Shown piece after piece: positions 50,467 through 64,000 of a stretch of 64,000 bases of DNA (position 1 is the stretch's first letter; the number at the start of each line of letters is the position of its first letter). A program made the translations under genes and the position numbers. The DNA comes from Euprymna scolopes (lineage: Eukaryota), in NCBI GenBank assembly GCA_053919585.1, contig CM132807.1. One strand, given 5' to 3'. Under the pieces are notes generated by a model, which was given only the letters and a program-made list of their open reading frames with translations, made no database searches and was not told where the DNA came from.

Positions 50467-53105
50467 CTAGCAGAACTACCCGTCGTTGACTGGCTTAAAA
50501 AAAAAGAGGGGGTTGTAAAGAAATAGGTTTTGATATAAATTTTTTTACCCTAAGCAAAATATGATGAAAGTAAAGATAATTTTCGCGAAAATATATTTTT
50601 TTTATATCAGCTTTGTTTCCATTCGTAGCCAAGAGTGACCAACAAAATGATGTTTTCTTACAAAGAGAAAATGTTATATATATAATAATATAAATATACA
50701 AGAAATAAATGTTACCATAGTCACTAAAAGTTACTTTTATGGTAGAAAAGTTCATTGGTTTATATTTTTAAGTAATTTGTATAACTAATTTTTTTTTAAA
50801 TTCACGAACCGGTTTTAAAATATCAAAATGGCAGCGACTTTTAAATGGAGAGCCGCGTTTTCAATTTGAAGGAGAGGCACCTGAGCATTCTGTGTTAACA
50901 ATTTAAGAGAGTCCCGTCAACTTAAGGAATATTTATAAACATATTTTAATGTTTTCCGTTATTTTGCGCTTGAGGAATATTCGATTATGGCATGTGTAGT
51001 TTATATAAACATTTATTTAAGTAGTTATTGCCTAAAATTTCGTTTTAATTTCGGTTCGCTGAAATTATTTCAAGTAAAGAACATTAAAAACTATTTAAAA
51101 AAAACATGAACTGAACTTTTATTGACTATGGTAACATTTATTTCATGTATATTCATTTTTTCGGGTAGTCGTTTGTTGGCTTTTTTTGCTAAACACTCTT
51201 ACTAAATAATATCGACGAAATATCGAAAAACAAAGAAACAAAAACAGTTTGGAAAAATAATGAAGCTTTACTTACTTTAGAAAAATAATCCGAAACAGCA
51301 AAATGGAATATTAAAAAGTAAACACGTAAGTACTTTAGTTTTTTTTACAGCAAAGAATCGATATGAATATGAACAGGAAGAAAATAGCGCCCTTTTCAAG
51401 CAGAACAGCTTCGTTTCAGTTTTACAGTATTGAACGGTTTGTATTGCACCGTCAGATTCAGGGTTGTACTAATGTAATGTAAAGAACACGCAGAAAGGGT
51501 TGTAATCAACTTAATTCCTTCTAGTACACTGACAAAAAAGCTTAAACAGATATATAAATAAAAATAAAAAGGTTATGTAAATGTTTTTAAAAGACACGTA
51601 ATCACGTGAGCAGAATTTTTTCCTTCTTTTGACACGATAACAAGTAACGTTCTTAATTTTTATTATTTATCTATTTATTTATTTTCGAAAGAGTGCCAGG
51701 TGCAAGTGGAGAAGGAAAAAACAGAGTTATGCAAAATTTATGTCGAGAATTGTCTAAAGTTCCGACTGTGTTTTTTTTGGCTTTCACTTTAATAAGAACG
51801 TGAATATATGAGGTGAATGTATTCGACAATATGATTCAACTAAAAAAATGAATAAAAGCTAACGTGAATTAAGATTAAAGTTAAGGTGTTATCGTGGATT
51901 CTCACCCCTTTTAAAAAACTTTGTTAAACTTTGTGACATATTTACATTCTATGGAGGTCAGGCGCGAACGAACACTCAATAATTTTATTATACCATATTT
52001 TTTCAAACTGAAACATAATTATCAAAGTATACTTACGCAAATAGATATGAAAAGTATTTATTAAAGTTTGTGCAATATTTCTATGGAGTACAGGCGCGAA
52101 CGCTGACCCCACAATTTTGTTATACCATCCCTATTTAAGTTGAGAAATACTTATCAAAGTATTCTTAGGTACATCTATATCAAAAACACTTGTAAACGTT
52201 TTTTTTTGCATTTTTTAATTCCATACTTTGTGGGCCAGGCGCGAACGCAGACCCCACAATTTTTATGAACCACCGTTCTGCCAGATCAAACATACCCATT
52301 CCTAATCCTCGATACATCTTCTATCATTCTATTTAATCAGTTTTTTAAAAAAAAGTAAACCATATAGGAGCCTATTCGTGAGCAGACACACCCACACACA
52401 TACACACACAGACATTCAGCTTTATCTTCTCTATATAAATAAAATGAACTCATTTTTTCCCGTCTGATTTTGACATTAATAGGATTAAAAATCAAGATAT
52501 TTCATGCAAATATAATATGCACAAATGGCAGAACAATATCTGAGGTGTGTTATAGGCTTATTATTTCTCAAATTCCTCGATAATCTTAGATTTCTATACT
52601 TTTTCTGCTGAGAAGTCACGGCCAAAATCGGTTAAGATCAATGGAAGTGGTAAAATATTTTCTCTCTAATAAATTCCTCCTCCCCCTGCCACCACTTAAC
52701 ACCGTTTGGGGATCGTTCACAAGGAACAGTTGAGAAGAGAACACCGGTTTGGCTTCGTAGTTCTTTTATGTGAAGTTATTTAAAATCGCTAAACTAAGCT
52801 GAAGTGCTCTGTGGCGTAGTGGTTAGCGTGCTGGACAATTCACATTATATTTTCATGTTTGCGCCGACCTACCGTAGTCGTTTTTTTTTTCCTAAACAAC
52901 TGGAATGGACTTTTCTTGGTGGCCGAACTGTTAACGTTGCAGATGTTTTTTTTTTTTTCACACTTTATTTTCCTACTTTTACTCATGACTCCGGGTTTGA
53001 TCCTTCCTACTTACCTACCATAACATATTTTAAAAATCCCCCGCCCCGTCCCGGAAACAAACACTCGGGCAACGCCGGGTGCCCCCGCTAGTATTATATA
53101 TATAG
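50467..53105 (-). mobile_element. Non-autonomous Helitron-like element (host of a nested insertion)
   Basis: Minus-strand 3' end CTAG|T at 50467-50470 with adjacent GC-rich segment. Internal subrepeats AGGCGCGAACG (~51960, 52091, 52237). (CA)n-CAGACATTCAGCTTTA|TATTATATATAG 5' end is split by 52425-53091. Confidence 0.6.
52425..53091 (+). mobile_element. Non-autonomous Helitron-like element containing a tRNA-like fragment
   Basis: A|TC start, CTCGGGCAACGCCGGG hairpin and CTAG|T end, no TSD. GTGGCGTAGTGGTTAGCG at ~52811. Confidence 0.7.
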
Positions 53106-53789
53106 TCAAAGTTGGTCTACGCATTACGGTTTGTATATCAGGCAATGCTCATATGTGACAAAATAACATCCAAAAGTAAATGGTCGTCCAAAATGAAGAA
53201 AAGTCATTCAATCACCGGAAATATTTGAAAACAGTTTTTCCATCTATGATTTTTGAAGGGGACAAGATTTGGAGACATATATAAATGCTTTTCATGTTTT
53301 TTTATCAAATGAATGTAAATTGTTGTGTTTTATAAGAAATTGATAAGACAATAGAAAGTAACGTTTTCGTTGATATGACTTCACACAAGTTATTTTATTC
53401 GCTGAAATTCCTACTATAATAAATAAACACATCATATAAAAGAATAGACATATCAACTTCTTGTTGATACACTTTAACATGTTAAACAACTGATTTAAAT
53501 TTCACTTCACATAAAGTGAACCATGAAAATGGACCTTTTCTATAAATGACCAATCCTGTCTTATCTCCTCTTTTCTGAAGCAGTGCGCACATTTAGCCTG
53601 AAGATCACTTCATATTGGAAATCAGCACAAAAATACTACTAGAAACACATGAGATTTTCTCATGCGAATAAAATGTTTACCAACTCAATAACTAAGCCCG
53701 TTCTTAGCCTCATGCCCATAGTTTATTCAGCAGTCACTCCGATATCATATTTAATTTGTCTACTAGTTTAAAGTGTCCCTTACACTTTT

Positions 53790-53912
53790 CTTTAGTCATT
53801 CATAAAATAAAACTTCATTTTAGTCATTTATAAAATAAAACTTCATTTTAGTTATTTATAAAAGAAAACTTCATTTTAGTCATTCATAAAATAAAACTTC
53901 ATTTTAGTCATA
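53790..53912. repeat. 28-bp tandem repeat, about 4 copies
   Basis: TTTTAGTCATTCATAAAATAAAACTTCA repeated. Confidence 0.85.
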
Positions 53913-54886
53913 TTAATAATAAAACTGGAAACAAATAAATAAAAATGTCGGTATTTTTTTCTTTTTTTAACAAAAATTTATTACCGTTCTTCTTGTTTCG
54001 ACTTAAAAGTCTCACCATCACCCACATTGCCCGTGTACACTTTTCCTCTCCGATGCCACGCTGACCGCAGCCAGCTATCTCTTGCCTTCTCTTTACACTC
54101 CCATTTTCTTCAACGTCCAATTTGTGTCTCTCCTGAGCACGTGCTGTACTTTTCTATCTTTTTTCCTTCTTCTTCTCGAACACATATTCTAATTTACATA
54201 CGCGCATTTTTCGGCTTCTTCTCCTGCTAATCCCCTCGCAAGCCAGCCATCCTTCTCTGCTGTCGACATCTTTTCACGCGCTCATAAGCACTATGCAAGA
54301 CTCTTTTAACCGTTCTTAAGCGTAGAAATGCAACAGTTACGTTTTTACAACTGGAGCATGCCAGTTGATTTCTAAATGGGAGAAATATTTAAGACATAGC
54401 ACATGAAATAGGATGGAGAACGGGAATGATGGGTGCCGTTTCAAGATAGTTTGGAGGGGAACTAAAGCAAACAACAGACATGTATGTTATCTGAAAACAT
54501 AAACCCATTTATATATTCCAATAACATAGAAGAATAAACATAAAAACAATTGTTAGCGTTTCATGGACATGATAAATGAATAATTAAACGAACAAATGTT
54601 GCACTTCAGTTTATTAACTGGTATTATAATGGAAACTCGAGATTTAAAAAAATATTTGCATAAGTTAGATTGGAGCTAACTCCAGTTGTAAACAAAATCA
54701 CCCATATGAGTTTAAATATATTTTAAAGCACTTACGATTAATATAATTTTTGGTTCTAAAGTTGTTCATTTATACGTGATTTTATAAATAAACAAAAATA
54801 CCTTAATGATACTACTATATAGTTGCAATGGAACTATAGAACTAATATATATTGTAATTCTATAATTAAAAATATATATATATTAC

Positions 54887-56290
54887 ATTTTCACCCCAAA
54901 CAAGGCACATTGCCACTTTGTTGTAAGGGGCTACTATCAGGGGCATAAGCATCAGGGGTACTGTGTAGGAAGTTGGGCAGCAAGATGTCGGTTCACGTTG
55001 CACTTGAACTTCTGCACGTCAGTACAGTCGGGGAAGCAGGAACCCGGAAGGGAATTCCAAAGTCTAGCTGTTCTGGGGAAGAAATTACTGGAGTAGAAAG
55101 CTCTCTTGCATCTATGGATCTCTACTGTGAAGGGGTGGGATTTAGCTGGTTGTCGGATTTGTCGGGGGTATTTACGTCGAGGGGGCACAAGTGCTTGCAG
55201 TTTGTCAGATCATTCACCGTTAAAGTACTTGTAGAACAGGCAGAGAGATGCAACATTTCGTCGATGTGACAGAGGCTGAAGTTTAGCTGACAATTCAGGA
55301 CCTATCAGATTGGCGACTCTTTTGAACTTTGTCTAGGAGCGAGAGACTAGTGGCAGATGCACCAACCCAAATGTGGCAACAATACTCCATGCATGGGCGA
55401 ATGGTGGCCTTATGGAGATATAGGATACTGTCAGGCGTTAATAGCTTTTTAGCACGGTAGAGAGAACCCACCTTCTTCGCAGCGGTCCTGGCAATGTTCT
55501 CAATGTAATTTTTCCAATTCATGTTTCCTGTGAACGTTAGGCCAAGGAGTTTAAAAGATGTACTTTCAGATAAAGAGTCTTTGGCCATTGCTATTGGCGG
55601 TAGGGAAGGTTTCTTATAATTATTGAAGAAAACAAGTTTAGTCTTGGCATCATTAAGGTGATCATCAATTTTTGTCCCCATTCCACTACGGATCGGATGT
55701 CTTCCTCTAGTGTGTCTGCCATTTCTTTAGATATATGTTCATTTGTGTTCCTGTCGTGTCTGTTATAGAGCATGGTGTCGTCAGCATACATACCCATCTC
55801 ATAGACAATTTTGTCAGGGAGGTCATTTTTGCATATTAGGAATAACAGAGGTCCAAAGATAGACCCCTGAGACACTCCCGCATTTATATCATATTGTTTA
55901 GATGTACGACCGTCAAGGACAACCTGGATTTTTCTCTTATCTAAGAAGGATCTAATTATGTTATGCATTTTTCCAGTGATGCCGTATGATCTGATTTTCT
56001 TGAGAAGACCCTCATGCCATACCCTGTCAAAAGCCTTAGATATATCTAGAACCACCGCTCTACTCTCCCCCCGCTTTGTCCAGTGACGTACATTCTGAGA
56101 TTACAGTTAGGATGTCTGCTGTGGAAGGAGCTTGCCTAAATCCATATTGTTGGTCAGTTTAGCATCTGTAAGACTAGAGCTTGGTTAATTACGGTCTCAA
56201 ATATTTTGGCGAAAGTGGGAGGAGGCTAATGGTCCGATAATTCTTTCGCCAGAATTCTTGAAAACTGGAACTACAGAAGCAGCATTATTA
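54887..56290 (-). mobile_element. 5'-truncated CR1/Jockey-group LINE (RT and C-terminus, frameshifted)
   Basis: LDISKAFDRVWH, GVSQGSIFGPLLF, MYADDT, RPCMEYCCHIW and FFPRTARLWNSLP across three overlapping ORFs. Confidence 0.92.
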
Positions 56291-57072
56291 AATAACAGCG
56301 TATGCACAAACACACACGCAAAACATGTCGCAAAATTATATATTGAAAAACAATTACACATTTATACACACATCGGTTCCAAACAGAGCATAGAAACATT
56401 ATAAAAGTATCAAGTCATACTACCAAGGCTGAATATATATTAACAAGCAACATCCAATATGCACTTTTAATATGACTCAAAACAAAAACCTTCGTGATTC
56501 ATTTGCCAAATGGATACCGCCACGACTATTGATTGTGTGAAGGTGAGTCCTAATACTAAGACAAAATAATAATTGACAGTGAATAACCAAACATATATCG
56601 TAAAACTAACAATAATNNNNNNNNNNNNNNNNNNNNNNNNNNNNNNNNNNNNNNNNNNNNNNNNNNNNNNNNNNNNNNNNNNNNNNNNNNNNNNNNNNNN
56701 NNNNNNNNNNNNNNNNNNNNNNNNNNNNNNNNNNNNNNNNNNNNNNNNNNNNNNNNNNNNNNNNAAGGGGATACAAATATTTCTATGCGCTAAAACGTTT
56801 TAATCCTAAATACTACACAATTATGCAGAATACAGAAACACTGCATGAAATGATTTAAGCAATAAATGAAACCAATTATCTAATACGAAAACAAAAAGTA
56901 ATCAGTAATTAATTGGTGTTCGTTTTTTTAAAGAAATATACAAAATTAGTTAACTATTATGCAGTCGCTCGCATATCCATAGTAAGAAGTTGGTTCTACT
57001 AACTTTTGAATAGAAAACGTAGATTTTTAATACCAGTGTGAAATAGAGAAACTTATATATACGCGCATACAT

Positions 57073-57130
<58 letters not shown>

Positions 57131-60100
57131 TTAGTTGATCTAAACATATATATGTGGATATTTGATTTACGTAGAATCCGTTTTAAAAATCTCCCGTTGG
57201 ATAGACTTAAAATCACTTTTACTTATCGAAGCAAATAGTATTGTATCATGAATATATTCTCGTAACTACGTTACTAATAGATTACTAACAAAAACTTTAT
57301 TTCTACAAAACATAAAATGTCAAACTAAAGTTCATAAGCTAGATAAAAATAATTCAGCAGAAAAAAAATCCAAATTAGAAAAATTGCCAAATTTACAAAA
57401 CAACCCCCTCCAAAAAAAAAAAAAATGCTCGAATCAAAAACTTTTTTTACTTTTCAATTAATCATTTATAATGAGTTTCTTAATCATAAAGCGTGTCGAG
57501 ATATCTTAGTAATTTGGCATCTCAGTAATTGACTTGATGAAACTCATTACAAAAATATATTTTCTCTCATTTCAAAAAATGCATATTCTTGGAAAACATG
57601 TTGATATCCCCTCATTTTCGAAATAGCGNNNNNNNNNNNNNNNNNNNNNNNNNNNNNNNNNNNNNNNNNNNNNNNNNNNNNNNNNNNNNNNNNNNNNNNN
57701 NNNNNNNNNNNNNNNNNNNNNNNNNNNNNNNNNNNNNNNNNNNNNNNNNNNNNNNNNNNNNNTATTTTCATGTATGTGTTGTGTACATGAGCTTAGAAAA
57801 TTATATTGTTTTTATGTATGGATGTGAAAAACGATGAGTTAATGTAAGAAGTGTATGTATGCCTCTGTTAGAATTTCAGAGTGTGTGTATATGTGTGTGA
57901 CATCGAATGTAAGTAACTTCATACCAGCTTTGTTCCAACGTCCGATGAAGGAGCACTTATCAAAATATGTCGACTGTTTTTTGAGTGCGTGCTGTCTAGA
58001 CTGTCTGACTGTGTCAATAATTTCAATAGAACATGCGATCACATAAACTATTAAATCTAAGAAAGAAAGATTTCTTGATATATAATATGAACGTTAATTT
58101 TCTACTTCAATCTATTTTCATCTGACTCATCATGTATTTACTGATCTATGATGGTATATTAAACAGTTAAAACTCAGTTGCTTTGTTGTATATTTTTCAT
58201 AAAGAACGATTATGGAACTTGGTCATTTTATCTCAATAAAATCTTCTGGTTAGAGAAAAGAAAGCGCCTTTTGTATTTTTCTATATCTTAACATTTTTGA
58301 ACGAGGAAATAGATTCCGAACTGCATACGACATGCTGCAATGACATTTTCTAAAAATCCATTCTTTACATGTTTGTATTGTCTTCTATCACCTAAGAATT
58401 TAATTAATAAAATAATTAATATTTTAACATGAAAATCCTATTTAAAACGTAGCAATATCCGCAAACTGCACAAGTACTAAAATATGATCGCGTATCAATA
58501 TTTACAGATTCAGTCTGCGATGGGTTGGGGCGTTTTATTTATAATTTTGCCATTCCGCAGTTTCGATTTGAAATTCCTAATCGAGCGATTGATTGATCTT
58601 ATTTTCAAGTTCAATGGAAGATTTATGATATCATTGTTATTTAATTTCAGTAAACCGCAGAGATACATTGAGTTTAAAAAAATACTCTACTGCGATATCA
58701 CATCATGTGTAGTTCGAAGTTGGGCCCCTCTTTTTATGCAAGTGATGCAATGCTGTATATATGCACATATTTTTACAAAACGTAATATTTTTAGAAAAAT
58801 ACGATGGTCACTTATCCAGGAAAATAAAACAACGTCAAACAATTGTTTTAAGGCAACCAGAATTTATTTCAGTAGAAAACGCAAGAATTGAATTGAAATC
58901 GAAAATCCTATGTAAACTACAGAAATACCAAAATATACTTAAGCATCGACAAATTGTTGAGGTGTATTAATTAGTGTTTTTACTGATTTTAGTTCTGTAG
59001 TTTATGGACTGTTGAACTTTCTGATAGAAATTTAAATTAAATGTAATATTTATGATACCTTTGTTTTATTAAATTTTAAGGTGATAGTACAGAATAGTTT
59101 ACATGTCGATATCAGGTTTGTAAATAATAACGTTTTTATTTTTTTTTATTTCAACATGGTTTGTAAACTACAGAAATACATTAAATTCAAATCAAACAGC
59201 CTCTAAGTGTCACATAATTTGTATTTGTGTTGTGTGTTTTTAAAGGAATGCTGCATGTTAAAACATCGATATGACAAACGTCATATGTCTTCGTAGAAAA
59301 TCGATAGATCAGTTATCGAAGAAAAAAGAGCAACATAAACCATAAAATATAGGAGAAGGAATTAATATACACGCGTTTATGTAGAGTGCAACACAAAGCT
59401 TCAGCTAATTTTCACGGAAGTTGGTGTACACAAAAAATAATTTCGTAGTTTAAATGAGTGAAAATTGCACCAATACGCCAGAGAATTGCTATTAAATATC
59501 ATAGTGTAAGTTTTCGGCGGACGCGTCCACTCACGATGTATGCCGAATTTCAAAAGGAGTTCGAATCGTATTGCATGCAAATCAGTGATGGTTTCCTACG
59601 ATATGCAAAATTCGAAAAATAGAAACAAAACGAATAAAACAATCTCGAATTCCATTTTCATCAGATGCATTTTTGCAAAAGTACACAATGACGGAAATAC
59701 CTTTATTTTCATATAATAAAATGTAGGAATTACGTTTTAATAGCCTTTTAACAATTTTCATTCCTTCGCCTCATAAAAGCACTATATTAAAGTTCTAATG
59801 AATTTAAAACGATTAAACCTGCTGAGTTTAAAATCCATGCTGTAACAATTACGTATAGTCCATTCTTACCGAGGAACGAGTATCTTGTTCTAGATGTTGG
59901 CATACTTAATCAAATTCCCACGATGTTCAACTATTACACCGGTCAACAAATCCTACGGTTTATAAAGACGGGTGATAGATTTCATGTTCTTTTTGCAGAA
60001 TGAAGACTTTCTGAAAAAAGAAAAACATTCATACGGGCATATTTATGAAGCATATTTAATAGTCAGATCTGTTACAAGTTTCTTAACTTTCTTACAGAAG

Positions 60101-60420
60101 TTATAGATAATTCTTCAGGAAAATAATAAAATTATTTCAAAACAATAAATCAACTTCAATTTAGTAAATACTTTAAGAAATGCCAATTTTGGAATATCAG
60201 TTGCCGTTTGTTGTGAATTAAAAATAATTATAAAGTCAAATTAACTAATGCTCTTAGAAAATGGTTAGAATGCACCTGTTACGTATTTGTTGTGGCCGGT
60301 TGTTCAATATACATTCGCCCTGTCTATATAATGTAAACATCTACTTTTGTCGCTGGCAAAATACACACACTGACAGCGAAGCAAAAATCATAACTGTTGA
60401 TTTAGAAAAATATATTGCTA

Positions 60421-60455
60421 CTAGCAGGACCCGTGTACCGGCGGTGCCCGGTGGA
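60421..60455 (-). mobile_element. Helitron-type 3' terminus
   Basis: A|CTAG on the plus strand followed by a GC-rich imperfect palindrome (ACCCGTGTACCGGCGGTGCCCGGT). Confidence 0.5.
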
Positions 60456-61499
60456 AGTATGCCTTCCCCACCCTGTACAAAATAATTAAGTACGGCTGTT
60501 AGTAGTATCCACTGCCCGCCCACGATACTTGCATGCACACTTTGGCAGTTTGTGAATTGTATATATTTGTCGTTATATTTCTTACTAAAATTTAAATGAA
60601 CCGTAATAAGAAAACACAACACTAAAACAGTAAATAAGAACACAATAAAGAACAGAACACATTAAATGTTAAAGCGATGTAGGATGGAGCATGCTGCATT
60701 CATGTTAGTATTTATTTTAGTTCAAGTATGCAGTTACAAAAGAAGACGCCCCTGTTATTATTTTAGTAAGAACGAATTACTATTTTTGTCAATGTGCGGT
60801 GTTGTTCAATCTACAGAGTGTGTTTGTTCCGAAAGCCGGTGTTAATATGAGGCGGTTGGAAAATAACAAACACCCCCAACCTCCCTATGTTGAGAACGGT
60901 CTTCGAAGTAAACACCGTTTGCATGTTGGACAACCAATGCACAATGAAAGAAAAAAAATCATGTAATAAATATGTGAATTATTCGCGATGTTAGAATAGC
61001 GTTTTCTTGTTGGCAATTATTTAAAAGTAATGAACGCTACTTAATATGTGACTGTTGGAATTACCCTTTTAAAGTAATTAAATATATGCAAATCTGTCCT
61101 AATATTGTATGTTCGCCGCTTATTTCATCACTAACAGAAATAAACTGCAAAGTGCATGAAAATGTGTTCGTAAATAAGTACTAATTCTGAGAACCGAAGT
61201 GTGTTTATGCGTAATAATGAGAAAGTGTTGTCGTCGTGGTTGTTGTCGTCGACGTCGTCGTCGGCGTCGTCCTCGTCGTCGGCAAAGTAAAAGAATTAAC
61301 CGTGTTAGTTTATTAAGAAGATAACAAAATAGTAAATAGTTCGGTATCCTGTAAATGCGTACAGATACTTAGAAAAATGTAAAAGAAAAGAAATGAATAA
61401 GGAAGAAATAAAATAAATAAATATACGGCGTATTGGGTTTGTTGGATAAGCGTGTTATTGCTGTTATTTGTTTCAAATTAATTTAATCTATACAAATTC

Positions 61500-62588
61500 G
61501 ATACAATACATTTGCAAAAGAATAAAAATATTGTGAAATTGTCTGGCAATTAATCAAAATGGCTGTTTTTTTTGTTTTTATGTGTGTGTGGTGTGTGGGG
61601 GGAGTTGTCCCTATGCACCAGAAAAAAAGTTTTTCACTTTAGGACCGACAATTTAGAATAGAATATTTCAGAATATTTCACTCAATGAAAAAGAAGTATT
61701 TCCTTTTAGTGCAAGTAAAACGAAAAGGGGAAAACTATTTCTCTCTGGTTAAAATATTGCATAAAGTTAGCAGCAAAAACAAAGGCAAAAACTTTTCACT
61801 TCATTTAGAAAAATGTTCAAATTTGCATACGAACCAACAGTCAACGAGTTACACTAGAATTATCCTCGCGGTGAAAATTGGGTCAACATTTTTCTCTTTT
61901 TTTTCTTCTTTCAATAGGCCACCAAATTATTTTTTAAATATTACAAAAATGGGTGTCGTACAGTTATTTTCAATTTAAATATTACAGACAAAAAGATTAA
62001 CTTACAATTTAGGCGATAACTTTGCCATGTGTTCGTTTTCTTTTTTGTTTTTAGAACGTAATTGCCAGCAGACTTCTTAGCTTGTAAATCCGAAGTTATT
62101 TTGAAGTCAATTAGAAGTTTTTGTGGAGTTAACCCGTATGAAAGTCGAATCCGAGTTAACCCGTGTGAAAGTCGAATCCGATTTAACCCGTGTGAAAGTC
62201 GAATCCCTCGTCGCCAGATGTTATGGGGTTAAATGGTAATAAACGAAAGGAGCACAGGATTTTTAGGAACGAAACATGTATTCACATATTTTTTTTATTC
62301 AGTTTTCACTTTGAAGTAGGGGGCTACTATCGGGGACATAATTTGCGGGGGCATTATGACGGGAGATGAGTAGAAAGATGTTCACATTACACTTGGACTT
62401 TTGTATATATTACAGACAAAGTGATTTGAGTAATACAATTGCTCAACGGTTGGGCGTGCACCCGACCTCCTTGATCGCGTGCCAATCTCAGACTGCTGGG
62501 CTCCGGTACTCAATACAGGAAGTGATGTCGCCAGAGGAAGCGACGTCATGAGATAGTCCATTAATCCCATGGAGGTGCGTCTCCAACA
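61500..62588 (-). mobile_element. 5' portion of a second Mag-like gypsy element: 5' LTR, PBS, leader
   Basis: LTR 62219-62588 with TGTT...AACA ends. Minus-strand PBS TGGCGACGAGGG lies 2 nt after the LTR. 27-bp tandem x3 (62126-62206). 61500-61912 aligns with 8895-9287. Confidence 0.85.
62290..62404 (-). mobile_element. 115-bp 3' end of a CR1-type LINE inserted in the LTR
   Basis: Absent from the 6915-7166 LTR. ATAT duplicated on both sides, T-run tail. GGGGCTACTATC.GGG.CATAA...GTTCAC.TT.CACTTG.ACTT matches ~54927-55012. Confidence 0.8.
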
Positions 62589-63830
62589 CTAAGTTTGATG
62601 AACTCTTCCTTACAGTCGTTGTGGAGTGCAAATACTATAGAATATCTACATAGTGTAAAGCCCACAAACCCCTCAAAGTGTACAAGGCTAGATACTATAC
62701 CGTAATAGTGTTCGGCAATGTATGTGTGAGACTGACGCCATTTAACATTTATACTGAACGTTAGTTTATGAAGGGTGAGAATTGGTAATTCAGAATATGG
62801 AAATGGTTAGAGTTTAGCCAATTGAAGTGAACGAAATTATGCTGGGAGAGAATTCATTAAATCGGTAGAGTGTAAAGGAAAGATTATGTTACGTATATGT
62901 ATCTAATAACCAGTTGATGGTGGCCAAAGCTCAACAAGGTTATAAAATATACAATTGGCACCGGTGCCAAGTGGTATCAGTGAGAGCACTTATTAAAGAA
63001 AGAGAAAAATAGGAATTTATTCCCCTGTACATATGAGGATTGTAATGGTGTTCTCAGCAGATATAATGTCACCTTTTATTAGTACGATTGAATATGGCAG
63101 AGATGGTGGTCGCAAGCTACTTAAGATAGTGGCTGTCAGGGTAGATATATTGAATTTGTATCTGGCATGTGTTGTTGAAAACCTACGTTACTTTGGTTCA
63201 GAGGGAAATTTCTGTGATCAAAATATTATATAGTAGATTATTTCACACTAACAAATCAGCTTTTCAGTGACAAATTATAATTCTGTATTTTGACGTTTCT
63301 GAAAGTCGCGGAAATGAGTTGTTGTCGGATGTCAAGCGGTGAAGAAATAGAGACGCAACCTCGCTGTCTCTAACCGACTGGCTACCTTTTTGTCTCTAAT
63401 TTTTATTTATAAAAATTCTTTTCCTATTAGAATATTTAATATTTCCTTTGTCTATAATTTCAAGTTTTTGACCGATATCTGCTCATTTCTGGGTCAAATT
63501 ATGCATTCTCTTAGACATGGTAAAACGTGCCGCTTCTTAATATTTGAATCCATTTGCATGTGTGCAGCCCACAAATGTATTTCTTCTCAGGGTTGCCTGC
63601 CAATATCTAACACATCTCTTACATAACTCATTATATATATGGTTGAAATAGTTGGATAGTCTATAGAGTTTTGGTAGAGCAACGCGTTTAAAAGAATGGT
63701 AACGCTTAAACATCAGCGAACATTTATTGATTATCGTAGTATTGTATGTAGTTCTCTTGGATTTATCTCTGCCACTGGACTACATAAACGCCTTCCAGTA
63801 AAGGTGGCATTTGATATTAAGCAACATTCG

Positions 63831-63904
<74 letters not shown>

Positions 63905-64000
63905 TATATAGTGCAGTCGTACAGAAACGCGTTCATGAATGTCTTTTATTCTCTTGGGCAAAAATATTACAACTAACAAAGATTGCTTAAAGGGCAAGTT

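Noticed and set aside
53292-53489. Signal-peptide-like minus-strand ORF as the GPCR first coding exon
   Set aside because: No convincing splice donor; hydrophobic runs are common in T-rich DNA.
6915-62588. One giant LTR element bounded by the two LTRs
   Set aside because: The LTRs are clearly diverged, the ~400-bp leader is present twice in diverged form, and host exons lie between them. Two independent copies is simpler.

Overview
AT-rich, repeat-dense eukaryotic (animal) genomic DNA with four N-gaps. The TE mix and (TA)n density suggest an invertebrate, possibly a coleoid cephalopod (inference only). The only host-gene signal is two minus-strand coding exons (43371-43752, 40388-40497) that splice in frame into the extracellular hormone-binding domain of a class B (secretin-family, calcitonin-receptor-like) GPCR. 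No transmembrane exons were recognised, so most of the window is probably intron. The rest is transposon and satellite DNA: a full-length IR/DR Tc1 element with an open transposase whose first catalytic Asp is Glu, Mag-clade Ty3/gypsy remnants, R4/Dong, RTE and CR1-type LINE relics, two Penelope-like elements, an AcademX relic, many non-autonomous Helitron-like elements, and 16-, 23- and 37-bp minisatellites (the 16- and 37-bp arrays have higher-order periodicity). The most notable signal is a set of type I hammerhead ribozymes, all on the minus (gene-sense) strand. It includes a 344-nt retrozyme-like unit with a tRNA-like Pol III head, bounded by two hammerheads, whose first cleavage site lies about 130 nt downstream of a GPCR splice donor.
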